Shown one piece after another: positions 9,100 through 19,371 of a stretch of DNA of 64,000 nucleotides. Positions within the stretch are counted from its first letter, which is position 1, and each line of letters starts with the position of its first letter. Location: NCBI GenBank assembly GCA_021827645.1, contig JAKAVA010000104.1:2840-66839 (forward strand), written 5' to 3'. Origin of the DNA: Planctomycetota bacterium (GTDB lineage Bacteria; Planctomycetota; Phycisphaerae; WQYP01). The notes under the pieces are model-generated. The model had not been told where the DNA came from and did not search any database. It worked only from the letters and a program-made list of their open reading frames with translations. The position numbers and the translations under genes are program-made.

Positions 9100-10506
9100 C
9101 TAACCATGGAATGACGTCTGCGGCAACCGCCCTACCAACTCTTTGAAAACCGATCCGCGGTGCTCATAATTGGAGAACTGATCGTAGGAAGCACACGCAG
9201 GGGAAAGTAAAACGCAGACCGGGGCAGATTTATCATTCGGCAAACACTTTTCAATGGTCCAGCGGTGCGCCTGTTCGACTGCCTGCTCAAGAGTTCGCAA
9301 TTCTATCAGCATCGGCTGAGTGCGATAACCTAAGCCTGAATCGCCCCTGCTATCCAGCTTCATCGCATTTCTGATGCTGTCGGCAATCTTAGGCCCCGTT
9401 GCTCCGATGGTGATGATTCCCCACGACCGACCAACCAAGTCACCTGCCAGCAGCCGCATGTCGGCTTTTTTATCCGCACCGCCCAAGATAATGATCGTCC
9501 TTCCTGCCGGAACGGCGCCGACTGCCGTCAACGTGCTTTCAGGCGTGGTCGACTTGGAATCATTGAGCCAATCAACCGTCTCATTGAGATAATTGGTGGA
9601 TTGTCCGACCAATTCCATTCGATGTGGAAGCGAACGAAATACTTCGAGTGCCCCAATGGCATCTGCAATTCGCTCCTCACCATCAAAGGCTTTGATAACC
9701 GCCAGAGCGGCGGCGGCGTTCGCCTGATTGTGGCGACCGGGTGCCTGCAGTGCCAGCTCGGCGTGATCGAAGTAGATAACCTTTCCCCGGGTGTGCTGAT
9801 TCCAAGTGCTTACATGTGGATCATTTCTATTCAGAATGGCAATGTCATCGGCTTTTTGAAACTTGAGGATGTTACGTTTCGCGGCGGCATACGCCTCCAT
9901 CGTCCCGTGACGATCAAGATGATTATTGACGAGGTTGGTAACGACAGCGATATGTGGCGAGAAGCCAATCATCGGAGTGTCCTCGAGCATGAAACTTGAT
10001 AGTTCAAGTACAACAACATGGTCAGACCGAATTTCAGGTAGTTGGCCCAGAAGTGACCGACCGATATTTCCACCCAGATGACAACGACCTTCGCCACGGA
10101 CGGCTTTAAGGGCGGCGAAGATCATTGATGCCGTGGTAGATTTTCCCACGCTGCCGGTGACCCCGACAATCGGAGCAGGACATCGTCGGCAGAATTCATT
10201 GATTTCCGTGGTCCAAGGAACACTGCGGGCCAGAGCAGATTGAAAAAATGCCGATTGCCGTTTGTCGACAGCCGGGCTTACGACGAGAAGATCACAATCG
10301 TTTAATAATTTATCCGGATGTCCACCGAGTTCGAATTTCACGGGAAGATCTGTCAATGCGGCGAGGGATTCCGTAAGCTTTTCGGGGGGTAACTGGTCAG
10401 TTACCGTCACCCTTTCTCCCTGCAGAGCGTACCACCGCGCAACCCCGATTCCCCCGCCAAATCGCCCCAATCCCATGATTACGATATGACGTTTTTTCAC
10501 ATGCAT
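9100..10506 (-). CDS. murD: UDP-N-acetylmuramoylalanine--D-glutamate ligase MurD
   Basis: N-terminal Rossmann segment IVIMGLGRFGGG; Mur ligase P-loop GVTGSVGKSTT; ~468 aa. Confidence 0.85.
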   Translation of the reverse strand: MHVKKRHIVIMGLGRFGGGIGVARWYALQGERVTVTDQLPPEKLTESLAALTDLPVKFELGGHPDKLLNDCDLLVVSPAVDKRQSAFFQSALARSVPWTTEINEFCRRCPAPIVGVTGSVGKSTTASMIFAALKAVRGEGRCHLGGNIGRSLLGQLPEIRSDHVVVLELSSFMLEDTPMIGFSPHIAVVTNLVNNHLDRHGTMEAYAAAKRNILKFQKADDIAILNRNDPHVSTWNQHTRGKVIYFDHAELALQAPGRHNQANAAAALAVIKAFDGEERIADAIGALEVFRSLPHRMELVGQSTNYLNETVDWLNDSKSTTPESTLTAVGAVPAGRTIIILGGADKKADMRLLAGDLVGRSWGIITIGATGPKIADSIRNAMKLDSRGDSGLGYRTQPMLIELRTLEQAVEQAHRWTIEKCLPNDKSAPVCVLLSPACASYDQFSNYEHRGSVFKELVGRLPQTSFHG

Positions 10507-10575
10507 CCTTTCAACTTGTCGTCACGCGACCACCATGGCGCACCGTCTTAGAGCCTCATCCGAATGGGGATAGTA

Positions 10576-11505
10576 TTACGCGTACTTCACGAGCGATGCG
10601 ATCTGCGTCTTGTGATCAATCAGTGCCTGCTCAACCGCCCGGCGCCAATCGATCTCGGCAGGCTCGGCATATTTTGCATCCCGGTACGCATAGATAATTG
10701 ACCTGCTGGCGGCAATCATTGCGCCAAGCCCGCGGGCATCCAATGCCGGTAAACAGTCACTGAGCGATCCTCCTTGGGCACCAAAACCGGGTATTAAGAA
10801 CACGGCTCGGCCAGCAGCGGCGCGAATGGCTGCAAGGGAAGGACCGGTGGTGGCGCCGACTACAGCGCCCAGCGAACTCCAGCCATACTCCCCTACCGAG
10901 GTATCCCAACGATTCACCAGATCAGCCATGTGCAAATAGAGGGGACGTCCGTCCGCCAGGGGAAGTTCCTGTATCTCCGCACCGCCGGGATTGCTCGTAC
11001 GAACCAGTACGAAAATACCTTTACCTGCAGCGGATGCAATGTCCAAAAATGGTTTCACACCATCCGAGCCGAGATAAGCATTGATCGTGATGGCATCGGG
11101 ACCGGCATTTTCAACCAGATCGGTGTAATCCGTATCCGCAAGCTGCGCGACCGCGTACTGGGCGGCGGTGTGCCCAATATCGGATCGCTTCACGTCTCCG
11201 ACCACCAGCAGACCGGCTTGGCGGGCCGCCTTGATCAACTGGCGGTAAACTGACACACCGGGCGAATGGTACCGCTCGAAGTAGGCACTGTTGATTTTGA
11301 CCGCCGGCACCAACGGCGCAGCAACTTCAATAATTGCAAGACCGAATTCAAGAAAGAGCCCGGCGACGGCGGCCGAGCTTTTGCCGACATTTTTTTTTGC
11401 CAGTAACATTGGCGGCATCTGTTCCAAAACCGGATCAATGCCCACAATCAGCGGAGTCTTCTTATCGAGTACCGCCCGGCAAAGACGATCAGAAAAACAT
11501 TGCAT
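10576..11505 (-). CDS. pyrF: Orotidine-5'-phosphate decarboxylase (type 2, long form)
   Basis: LIVGIDP..., KINSAYFE, GDVKRSDIGHTA motifs characteristic of OMP decarboxylase. Confidence 0.8.
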   Translation of the reverse strand: MQCFSDRLCRAVLDKKTPLIVGIDPVLEQMPPMLLAKKNVGKSSAAVAGLFLEFGLAIIEVAAPLVPAVKINSAYFERYHSPGVSVYRQLIKAARQAGLLVVGDVKRSDIGHTAAQYAVAQLADTDYTDLVENAGPDAITINAYLGSDGVKPFLDIASAAGKGIFVLVRTSNPGGAEIQELPLADGRPLYLHMADLVNRWDTSVGEYGWSSLGAVVGATTGPSLAAIRAAAGRAVFLIPGFGAQGGSLSDCLPALDARGLGAMIAASRSIIYAYRDAKYAEPAEIDWRRAVEQALIDHKTQIASLVKYA

Positions 11506-11974
11506 ATTGAACCGACACTCCTAATCGCACCATCATGACATTTTTTCTCCGCACCAAACGCCCGATCGCCTGACTTCAATCGCTGTGCACGGACACCCCT
11601 CAAAACAGCTCTCTGCGTTGCAGGCTGCCGAGCAAAATTCAGTATTCGGTAGCTTAAGGGAAAAATTGCTCATCGAAAATTGCGGTTTGTAGACGCACGT
11701 CAGGGTATCGCTTGAGGTTCGCGAGCAGATTCCGTCGTTGGCAGAAACTTACACGAGCCCTTCAGCAAAAACGTACCACCACTCAAAACAGTCAGGACGA
11801 CATGTTTCATATGTGCGAATATACAATGAAGCAAAAACGATTGACTGCGCCAAGAGTTAGTGTCATATTCTTAATTGTCCGAGAACACCTCGCCGGACAA
11901 GTGCGCCACGACTATTCACATCAATGTCATCGGCGCGCATTGGCTGAAAATATTCTCGGATGGAGGTCGGTGCC

Positions 11975-12217
11975 ATGGCTCGTCTCATTGGTCGTGTCAA
12001 ATGGTTTAATGATCGCAAGGGCTTCGGCTTCGTTACGGCCATGGATAATCAGGACATATTTGTTCATCATACGGCGATTCAATGCGACGGTTTTCGCACC
12101 TTAAGGGAAGGCGAAATGGTCGAATATGAGGCGGAAGCCGGGCCAAAAGGGCTCAAAGCGACGCTGGTACGGCGTCTGCAGATATCAGTGCGCAAGGAAA
12201 ACAAGGCGGAGGTTTGA
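11975..12217 (+). CDS. cspA: Cold-shock protein, CspA family
   Basis: MARLIGRVKWFNDRKGFGFV...DIFVHHTAI (RNP1/RNP2 motifs); GGAGG RBS 7 nt upstream of ATG at 11975; long upstream leader. Confidence 0.9.
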   Translation: MARLIGRVKWFNDRKGFGFVTAMDNQDIFVHHTAIQCDGFRTLREGEMVEYEAEAGPKGLKATLVRRLQISVRKENKAEV

Positions 12218-12370
12218 ACCTGCGTGTGGATGATTGTGATTGCGGCAGCCGATACGCGCCACAAATCGAACGCAGACGGCTCGAGCATCATCGCACATGC
12301 GGAGTGGGACGGCGCGAATTTCCTGATGGCTCCGTGATGCTCGGTCGGTCTGAGTCGTTAAACATCCACG

Positions 12371-15217
12371 TCAATCCGAAGACAAATCCGCCCGTGTCCG
12401 AATCGTGATCCGTGCGGGTGGCAATCCGGCGCTATGGGCGGTAACCGTAATTCGGCCGGGTTGCGTGCCAGCCCGAAGCAGAACCATGCACCGTCCATAA
12501 AACGCTCGACTGTAATGCGCCTGATTGGGGATGTGGCTTGCGGGATCACCATTGGAAGTGCCCGCTATCGACCCCGGACCTGTAACCGTAAAGGTGACTT
12601 TACGCATGCAATCGGAGGCAATCCGGCCATGCGCATTATAAAAGCGAACGGCAATCGGTGCGATGCTCAGGCCGTCCGCTTTAATATGACGCCATTCATC
12701 CGTTAACACCATCTTTGCCGCCGGTCCCGGCGTAGCATCCACATAACGGGCGGCCGTCCGCCCATGATTGATTCCCACCACTTTCAGCACGCCCGGATGC
12801 CAGGGAATGTGCCAATCCACGTAACCGAACTTAGGCATGGCTCGGCTTTTCCCGACCGGGCGACCATCCACCAAAAGCCTGACTTTCTGACAGTTGGAGA
12901 AACATCGAACCAGAACGGGCGTCCCCGGCTTCATACCCGGCTGATTCCATTGCGGCTGAATATAGACCATCGGTTTTTTAGTCCAGACGGACTGATAATA
13001 GTAGGAATCAGGTTTACGGAAACCACAGATGTCAAGCAGACCAAAATGAGAGTTAATATCCGGCCACTGATACGGCGTCGGTTCGCCGCGGTAATCAAAG
13101 CCCGTCCAGACAAAACCACCCGCCACATAGGGCCGCTTCCCGATCGGGCGCCATGAATCCCAGGGCAATTGCGACCACGAGCTGTGCATGGTGTACTGTC
13201 CGACCAGCCCGGCTTTTTCGTTGTTGGCCATGACACCGCGGTCACTTTCCGACGAACCGATCTCGCTTCCGAAGATCGGCATTCGCGGGAAGAATTTATG
13301 CATGGCTGAATATGCGGGCGGATTGTAGTTGATGCCCAGAAGGTCCTCCACGCGGGCAAATCCGTTGGGATACCCGCCGTTCATGGCGCAGGTGATCGGC
13401 CGCGTGGGGTCCAACTTGCGGACGATTTTCATCATGTGACGAAAGAGTTTCGCACCGAAAGGAGTTCCCTCAACATAAATTTCTTCGTTGCACAGCGACC
13501 ACATGATCACACACGGATCATTGCGGTCGCGAAGAATTTCCGCGATCAGATTCTGCGCATGCCCGTACGGCACACCCACATACGATTTCGATGCACCATA
13601 CTGCCCTCCTTCGCGGGTGTCACCAATTTGGCGATTTTCATCCATGACCAGCATCCCGAGCCGATCGCAAGCTTGATACATGGCCCGTCCCATGGCATTG
13701 TGCGAACACCGATAGGCATTGCAGCCGATCATTTTCAGACGAGCTATGCGCCACCACCACAAATCGCTCGGCGCCCCAACGCCGACCGCCGGAAAATCCT
13801 GATGATTGCAGGTGCCGTCCAATTCCACATGCCGGCCGTCAAGATAAAACCCGGTATCCGGATTGTACTCAATCGTGCGAATGCCGAAGTGGATGGTTTT
13901 TGCGTCTACCACAGTCGGATGGCGTAAAATCTTGGTCAGCAATTTATACATGTTTGTGTGGTGCAGCGACCAGAGTGCGGCATGGAGCGCCGGCATGGTC
14001 TGGGTATACGTTGTGCGGCTGTGAGCGGCCTGCACTTCCAAAGAGAGACGACGGCCAACAGTCGCGCCATGCGGGCCGAAAACTGTCGAACTTAAAATGA
14101 ATGTCCTGGCGTGGTCAGACTGATTGGTGACCGTAGTTTGAATGATCAGATTGGCATCGGCACGCAAATTTCCATGCGTCCCGCGGCGGATATAACCCGG
14201 CACCTGCGACATGACAAAGGTACCCCAGCGGGATACGTGCAGGCGATGCAATGCAACGAACGATACGTGTCGGTATATGCCACCGCCTTCGTACCACCAC
14301 CCCTCCCGCAACCGGGGATCGACATAAACCACCAGCGTATTGCTGCCGCCGAAGTGCACATATCGAGATACATCAAAGCGATAGGGAGAATAACCATCGG
14401 CGTGCTCACCGATGTAATGCCCGTTGAGATAGATCACAGCGTCGCTAAGAACACCGCCAAATCGCAACTGGCATATCCGGCCCCTGGCGGCAGCCGGTAC
14501 CGCAAACGTGCGCCGATACCAAACAGGGTAAACGTGAAGATAACCGTGGGAACCGTTGGCGTTTTTATTAAATTCTCCGTCGACGATGTAGTCATTGGGT
14601 ACCAGCACCGTATGACCATCGGCAAGCGAACCGGATTGAGTCGGCGGAAACAGCCTCGGGTTATACTGGCCGTATATCACTCTTGACATCGTCGGCTTAC
14701 CGAAATCGCCGATCTGTTTGAGAATGGCATTGGGCGGGCTGTGCACCAGGACGGTGAGGATATTTCTACCCGATTTGAAATCGCTCATCGGCAGCGCCAC
14801 CTGAAACCAGAAATCTCCGCCGCGATGGTCGGTCACCAGTTTACCGTTGAGATAAATAACGGCGCGAGTGACAACTCCGTGAAACTCAAGCATGCAGGGA
14901 CCTAAATGCGTAATGAGCAGACGGGGAAGATCAGTCTGAAACCATGCATATCCGGGGTTGCCGTGGAAAAGTACTTGACCTTTGTGGTATCGATGCCAAC
15001 CGTGGAGAGCCGTCAATATCGCGGACGGCACAGCATTGGGCGGAGAATTAATACCCAAACTGGCTCTTTTCCAGCGCCATCCATGGAGCGCAACCACATC
15101 ACTTCCACTTCCCAGCGGGATGAGATGCGCCTTGGCAATCTGCCAAGGGCCGTCGAGATTGATGCGCATACGCGGAGCCGCCCCAGCCGGATTCATCGCC
15201 ATGGAGGCAAAGATCAT
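12371..15217 (-). CDS. Secreted glycoside hydrolase family 2 (beta-galactosidase/beta-glucuronidase/beta-mannosidase-like); start placed at MIFASMAMNPAGAAP signal peptide
   Basis: GH2 signatures NAYRCSHNAM (cf. NAVR(T/C)SHYP) and MWSLCNEE (cf. WS(I/L)GNE acid/base region); sugar-binding N-domain; ORF extends to 15316. Confidence 0.7.
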   Translation of the reverse strand: MIFASMAMNPAGAAPRMRINLDGPWQIAKAHLIPLGSGSDVVALHGWRWKRASLGINSPPNAVPSAILTALHGWHRYHKGQVLFHGNPGYAWFQTDLPRLLITHLGPCMLEFHGVVTRAVIYLNGKLVTDHRGGDFWFQVALPMSDFKSGRNILTVLVHSPPNAILKQIGDFGKPTMSRVIYGQYNPRLFPPTQSGSLADGHTVLVPNDYIVDGEFNKNANGSHGYLHVYPVWYRRTFAVPAAARGRICQLRFGGVLSDAVIYLNGHYIGEHADGYSPYRFDVSRYVHFGGSNTLVVYVDPRLREGWWYEGGGIYRHVSFVALHRLHVSRWGTFVMSQVPGYIRRGTHGNLRADANLIIQTTVTNQSDHARTFILSSTVFGPHGATVGRRLSLEVQAAHSRTTYTQTMPALHAALWSLHHTNMYKLLTKILRHPTVVDAKTIHFGIRTIEYNPDTGFYLDGRHVELDGTCNHQDFPAVGVGAPSDLWWWRIARLKMIGCNAYRCSHNAMGRAMYQACDRLGMLVMDENRQIGDTREGGQYGASKSYVGVPYGHAQNLIAEILRDRNDPCVIMWSLCNEEIYVEGTPFGAKLFRHMMKIVRKLDPTRPITCAMNGGYPNGFARVEDLLGINYNPPAYSAMHKFFPRMPIFGSEIGSSESDRGVMANNEKAGLVGQYTMHSSWSQLPWDSWRPIGKRPYVAGGFVWTGFDYRGEPTPYQWPDINSHFGLLDICGFRKPDSYYYQSVWTKKPMVYIQPQWNQPGMKPGTPVLVRCFSNCQKVRLLVDGRPVGKSRAMPKFGYVDWHIPWHPGVLKVVGINHGRTAARYVDATPGPAAKMVLTDEWRHIKADGLSIAPIAVRFYNAHGRIASDCMRKVTFTVTGPGSIAGTSNGDPASHIPNQAHYSRAFYGRCMVLLRAGTQPGRITVTAHSAGLPPARITIRTRADLSSD

Positions 15218-15491
15218 AACTGTGATCAAGATGATGTATCTGCGCACGCAACACTCCTTGAACCGGACGACCCTGTTGTTCCGCACTGCGGCGCAGGGGA
15301 CCGCAAAACGCAGCATATAGTAAAGGTTGTTGTTTTAACGTCAAAGGTAGATTTTTTTTACACAGGCGAGGGTATATTTTGTACTATTACATTGGTTTGG
15401 AAAAAACGCGATTTCGACATAAATACCAGAGCCATCATCGGGAATCCGTGCGTGGTGCCCATTCTCAACAAAGCGCTTATACTTCCCCGCC

Positions 15492-16817
15492 ATGTTGATC
15501 GCCATGACCAACTGGATTCTTTTCATTGGCCGTTTCCATCCCGTACTGGTGCATCTGCCGATCGGCATGCTGGTGCTGCTGGCCATTCTGGAAATCGCCG
15601 GAATCAAAAAAGCCTATCGGGAAAGCATCACCAAGGTCAGAACGCTGATCGTTCCCATCCTCGCCCTTTGCGCGCTGATCACTGCAACCTGCGGGTGGTT
15701 ACTTGCTACCGGCGGGGACTATAACCCGCAAATTCTATTCTGGCACCGGTGGCTGGGCATCAGCGTGGCCGGGCTATGCGTCATCATGCTCATCGAAACA
15801 CGACAGAAATGGTTCAGGAGCTATTTTCTGACTCTGGCCGTCACGCTGGTGACTGTTGCGATCACCGGTCATCTTGGCGGATCGATGACGTATGGAAGCG
15901 ATTATCTCACGCAGTACGCCCCGCGGCCCATCAAGCAGCTATTGGGAATTTCAACCCACCATGTGCCTGCACCTTTGCCGAAGCTTTCGCACATTTCCAA
16001 CGCCTTGGTATATCCGCAAATTGTTCAGGCGATCCTGACACAAAATTGTGTGACCTGTCACGGGCCGAACCGGCAAAAAGGCGGGTTGCGTCTTGACTCC
16101 TATCGACGCCTCATACATGGTAGAAATGGACAGCCTGTAGTCCTGCCGGACCATCCCGAGCGAAGCATCCTGATACAGCGCATTGAATTACCAGTCGGCA
16201 AAAGTCATCGAATGCCGCCGAGCGGTCATAGACCGCTTACCACCGGAGAAATCGCAATCTTACGCTGGTGGGTGCAGGCCGGTATGCCCAATCGCATAAG
16301 CCTGATGGAAGCCGCCCCACCGGCGTCCATTACGGCTGATATTCGGAAACTTTTCTTGGAAGCGCAATCTCAAAAACCCCTCCCACGTAAAGAAGTAGAA
16401 GCAATGATTCCACGTCTCGCTCAACGCAGTGGCATGCAGATCACATTTTTAAGCCCGCAATCAAGTATGCTGCGCTGCTCGGCAAGGAAAATCCCCGATT
16501 TTTCCGATCAAAAACTCAGTCTGCTGAATCCGGTACGTCTTAATATTCAGAGCTTGAATCTGGATTCCACGTCGATCACGGACCATGCCATGATCGTTAT
16601 CAATGAAATGGTCAATCTGAAGTCATTGCATCTGCGGCATACTCAAGTGGACGGCGCGGGATTATTGACCATGAATCACCTCCGGCAACTCCGCTATTTG
16701 AGCGTCCCCAACCATAAGCTCAGCAGTAAGGTGATAAACAAGTTTAAAAAGCAGAATTTTATTCCTCACCTCGTGGTGACCGGTGACGGCGGAATCAGCG
16801 ATCTGCCAAACTTTTAG
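15492..16817 (+). CDS. Membrane protein: N-terminal DUF2231-like 4-TM domain (HPVLVHLPIG), Planctomycete cytochrome c (PSCyt1-like) domain with CxxCH, C-terminal leucine-rich repeats
   Basis: NCVTCHGPNRQKGGLRLDSY and SHRMPPSGHRPLT motifs; C-terminal LRR (LNLDSTSITD..., LKSLHLRHTQV..., LRYLSVPNHKL). Confidence 0.65.
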   Translation: MLIAMTNWILFIGRFHPVLVHLPIGMLVLLAILEIAGIKKAYRESITKVRTLIVPILALCALITATCGWLLATGGDYNPQILFWHRWLGISVAGLCVIMLIETRQKWFRSYFLTLAVTLVTVAITGHLGGSMTYGSDYLTQYAPRPIKQLLGISTHHVPAPLPKLSHISNALVYPQIVQAILTQNCVTCHGPNRQKGGLRLDSYRRLIHGRNGQPVVLPDHPERSILIQRIELPVGKSHRMPPSGHRPLTTGEIAILRWWVQAGMPNRISLMEAAPPASITADIRKLFLEAQSQKPLPRKEVEAMIPRLAQRSGMQITFLSPQSSMLRCSARKIPDFSDQKLSLLNPVRLNIQSLNLDSTSITDHAMIVINEMVNLKSLHLRHTQVDGAGLLTMNHLRQLRYLSVPNHKLSSKVINKFKKQNFIPHLVVTGDGGISDLPNF

Positions 16818-16928
16818 TTCTTTTTTGCAACATTGCCGACGATGCGTCGTTCCTATTGTGCTCACCGGTATATTGCCGGGGATTGTGGACTCGGTGTTAT
16901 GGTAAATCAAGCTGAAGGGTAGCAGGGT

Positions 16929-17915
16929 ATGTCAGATCGAGAATGGAAGAATAACCTCCGATGGTGTGCGGTGGCTTTGTTGGGCGGATGCATCCTCGCC
17001 GGAGCTGGCGTGGCGGGTGCCATTGACGGTAAAAGCTATTTATCCACGTTTTCCGTAACCGGTGATGGAGAATTCCAAACTTCGGCTACGGCCGATGTCA
17101 AGCCTATTTCGCTTGACAGATCAATGAATGTCTATCGCCATCTGATTCAGCCGATTTTTATTCAGAATTGCATCATGTGCCATGGTGTCAATCGTCAGAA
17201 AGGACATCTGAGGCTGGATAAGTACCAGTACGTCATGTACGGCAAATTCGGTCACAAAGTGGTTCTGCCCGGCGATCCCAATCACAGCATTCTCATACGA
17301 CGTATCACGCTGCCGGCTTGGAATCATCATCGCATGCCTCCGCACGGTCATGCAGGACTGGCGAAATCACAGATTACCCTTCTGAAATGGTGGATAAAAA
17401 CCGGGGCCGGTGATACTGGTACCTTGGCATCTTTACGGGCAAGCCGGACGGTTGATTCGGCGGCACAGCAGGAATTACAGATCATACGACGATTTATGCC
17501 CCGCCCAATTGCCAGGATAAAAAACACGATTCGAAGTATTGAAACGACAACTGGCGTGAAAATCCATGTTATTCGCGCCGGCCTACCCTGGCTGTCCTGC
17601 GATGCATCGGGCAGATCAGGCTTCAACAATCATGATCTGCATCTGCTATCGCGTATCGCCAGCAATATTTTTGTATTAAATATTGCCGGCACCGGTGTTA
17701 CGGATAAGGGAGTCCCCGCCGTGAACCGGATGGTGAATCTGATGTATCTGCATCTGGAACGTACGACCGTCAGCAATTCAGGACTGCGTCGGTTGACCAG
17801 CCTGGGCCACCTCCGGTACCTGAACGTGACGGGAACACGAATCAGCGCTTCCGGCATCAACGCATTTAGGAGGAGTAACCATCTCCGGCGACTCTGGGTT
17901 GTGGGACTGCGATAA
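16929..17915 (+). CDS. Secreted paralog: signal peptide, PSCyt1-like CxxCH domain, leucine-rich repeats
   Basis: NCIMCHGVNRQKGHLRLDKY and HHRMPPHGHAGL motifs, colinear with the upstream gene; C-terminal LRR. Confidence 0.65.
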   Translation: MSDREWKNNLRWCAVALLGGCILAGAGVAGAIDGKSYLSTFSVTGDGEFQTSATADVKPISLDRSMNVYRHLIQPIFIQNCIMCHGVNRQKGHLRLDKYQYVMYGKFGHKVVLPGDPNHSILIRRITLPAWNHHRMPPHGHAGLAKSQITLLKWWIKTGAGDTGTLASLRASRTVDSAAQQELQIIRRFMPRPIARIKNTIRSIETTTGVKIHVIRAGLPWLSCDASGRSGFNNHDLHLLSRIASNIFVLNIAGTGVTDKGVPAVNRMVNLMYLHLERTTVSNSGLRRLTSLGHLRYLNVTGTRISASGINAFRRSNHLRRLWVVGLR

Positions 17916-17945
17916 CGGCTCGGTCGCACGCCGCAACACCCCAAT

Positions 17946-18710
17946 TTATACGGTTGATATGCCTTGGCGAATTAAAAATGCGGCATAATCTTCGGGCGTG
18001 TCAATCCCATGATGTGACTGAGGGCTGTCATGGACAATGACCTTGGCGCCCATGTAAAGAGCCCTTAACTGTTCAAGCTTTTCAAGCTTTTCCATTTCAC
18101 ACGGCTCCGTGCGGCTGAGCTCCAGCAGAAATTCGCGCCGGTACGCATAGACGCCCAGATGTTTTCGATAAAGACCTGCCAGCATTAAACGTGAGGCATC
18201 ACGGGCGATGCCGTCACGATCGTACGGAATGACACTTCGCGAAAAATACATGGCAAAGCGACGTTGGTCCACAACGACTTTTACAACGTTGGGATTCTGA
18301 ACTTCGGCGGCGTCATCAAAAGGCGCTGCGGCAGTTGCCATCGGCACATCGGTATTTTCCAGAATTCGAAACAGGCTGTCCAAGAGGCCGGGATCGACCT
18401 CTGGTTCATCACCCTGCAGATTGACGATACGTTCATAGTGCTGATATTCAGGCATCTGAGCCACTTCCGCAATCCGATCGGTTCCTGAAAGATGAGCCAA
18501 GGATGTCATAACGGCGCTACCGCCGAAGCCTTTAACCGCCTTCATGATTCGCATGTCGTCAGTCGCAACTACGACAGCGCGCGCCCGGGTTGCGGAAACG
18601 GCACGCTCATATACATGCTCGATCAGATACTTCCCGGATTGCCTCAAAAGCGGCTTGCCGGGCAGGCGCGTGGATTCATAGCGAGCCGGAATTACTATAA
18701 GATTTGACAC
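17946..18710 (-). CDS. kdsB: 3-deoxy-manno-octulosonate cytidylyltransferase (CMP-KDO synthetase)
   Basis: N-terminus MSNLIVIPARYESTRLPGKPL is the KdsB signature; ~254 aa. Confidence 0.85.
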   Translation of the reverse strand: MSNLIVIPARYESTRLPGKPLLRQSGKYLIEHVYERAVSATRARAVVVATDDMRIMKAVKGFGGSAVMTSLAHLSGTDRIAEVAQMPEYQHYERIVNLQGDEPEVDPGLLDSLFRILENTDVPMATAAAPFDDAAEVQNPNVVKVVVDQRRFAMYFSRSVIPYDRDGIARDASRLMLAGLYRKHLGVYAYRREFLLELSRTEPCEMEKLEKLEQLRALYMGAKVIVHDSPQSHHGIDTPEDYAAFLIRQGISTV

Positions 18711-18724
18711 CTTGACTCCCTTTC

Positions 18725-19270
18725 TTAATTGTTCAATCCCTGAATAGCGGTCGAATCTGGATTTGCCCCGTCCTGCAGGAGGGCCAGATGCGCACGAGAT
18801 ACTTTTTCGTAGGCACTTTCCAGCGCTTCAGGGATGACTCGCACCTGTCCGACCGTCGTCATAAAGTTGATATCGCCATTCCACCGCGGAACAATATGCA
18901 GATGGATGTGGCCCGGCAATCCCGCCCCGGCACAACGGCCAATGTTGATCCCGATGTTGAACCCCTGCGGATTCATCGTGACTTCCAAAAGTCGCTGGCC
19001 ATGGACCGCCAACTCCATCAATGCAGCCCGGTGGTCTGGAGGCATATCCGCAAGTTGTGCCACATGCGCATAAGGAGCGACGAGCAGGTGGCCGTTGACG
19101 TAGGGATATCGATTCAACATCAATAGGGCGATATCGGTCCGGGCGATGACCAGATTGGATCTATCATGATCCGTATCCCGTGACGCGTCACACAAAAAAC
19201 ATCCGGACTTTTCGCCTGTGACACTTTGTATATATTCCAACCGCCAAGGTGCCCAGATCGACGCCGACAT
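18725..19270 (-). CDS. HIT-family nucleotide hydrolase/transferase (GalT/Ap4A-phosphorylase-like HIT)
   Basis: Histidine triad HIHLHIVPRW; CFLC motif near the N-terminus; start at MSASIWAPW. Confidence 0.7.
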   Translation of the reverse strand: MSASIWAPWRLEYIQSVTGEKSGCFLCDASRDTDHDRSNLVIARTDIALLMLNRYPYVNGHLLVAPYAHVAQLADMPPDHRAALMELAVHGQRLLEVTMNPQGFNIGINIGRCAGAGLPGHIHLHIVPRWNGDINFMTTVGQVRVIPEALESAYEKVSRAHLALLQDGANPDSTAIQGLNN

Positions 19271-19371
19271 ATTGATCCTCCACACGTGATCCATACTTTA
19301 CGCTAAAATCGCTCGTCGGGTGCGGTCGCCGATTTTCGCCCGCATGCAACCATGAAAGAGGATATGAATAT

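Noticed and set aside
11712-12104. 130-aa ORF overlapping the start of the cold-shock gene
   Set aside because: Different frame overlapping the well-supported csp CDS and its long structured 5' leader; likely spurious
14111-14686. 191-aa ORF antisense to the GH2 gene, and 12931-13359 / 13436-13927 ORFs
   Set aside because: All nested within or opposite the GH2 CDS; typical GC-driven artefacts
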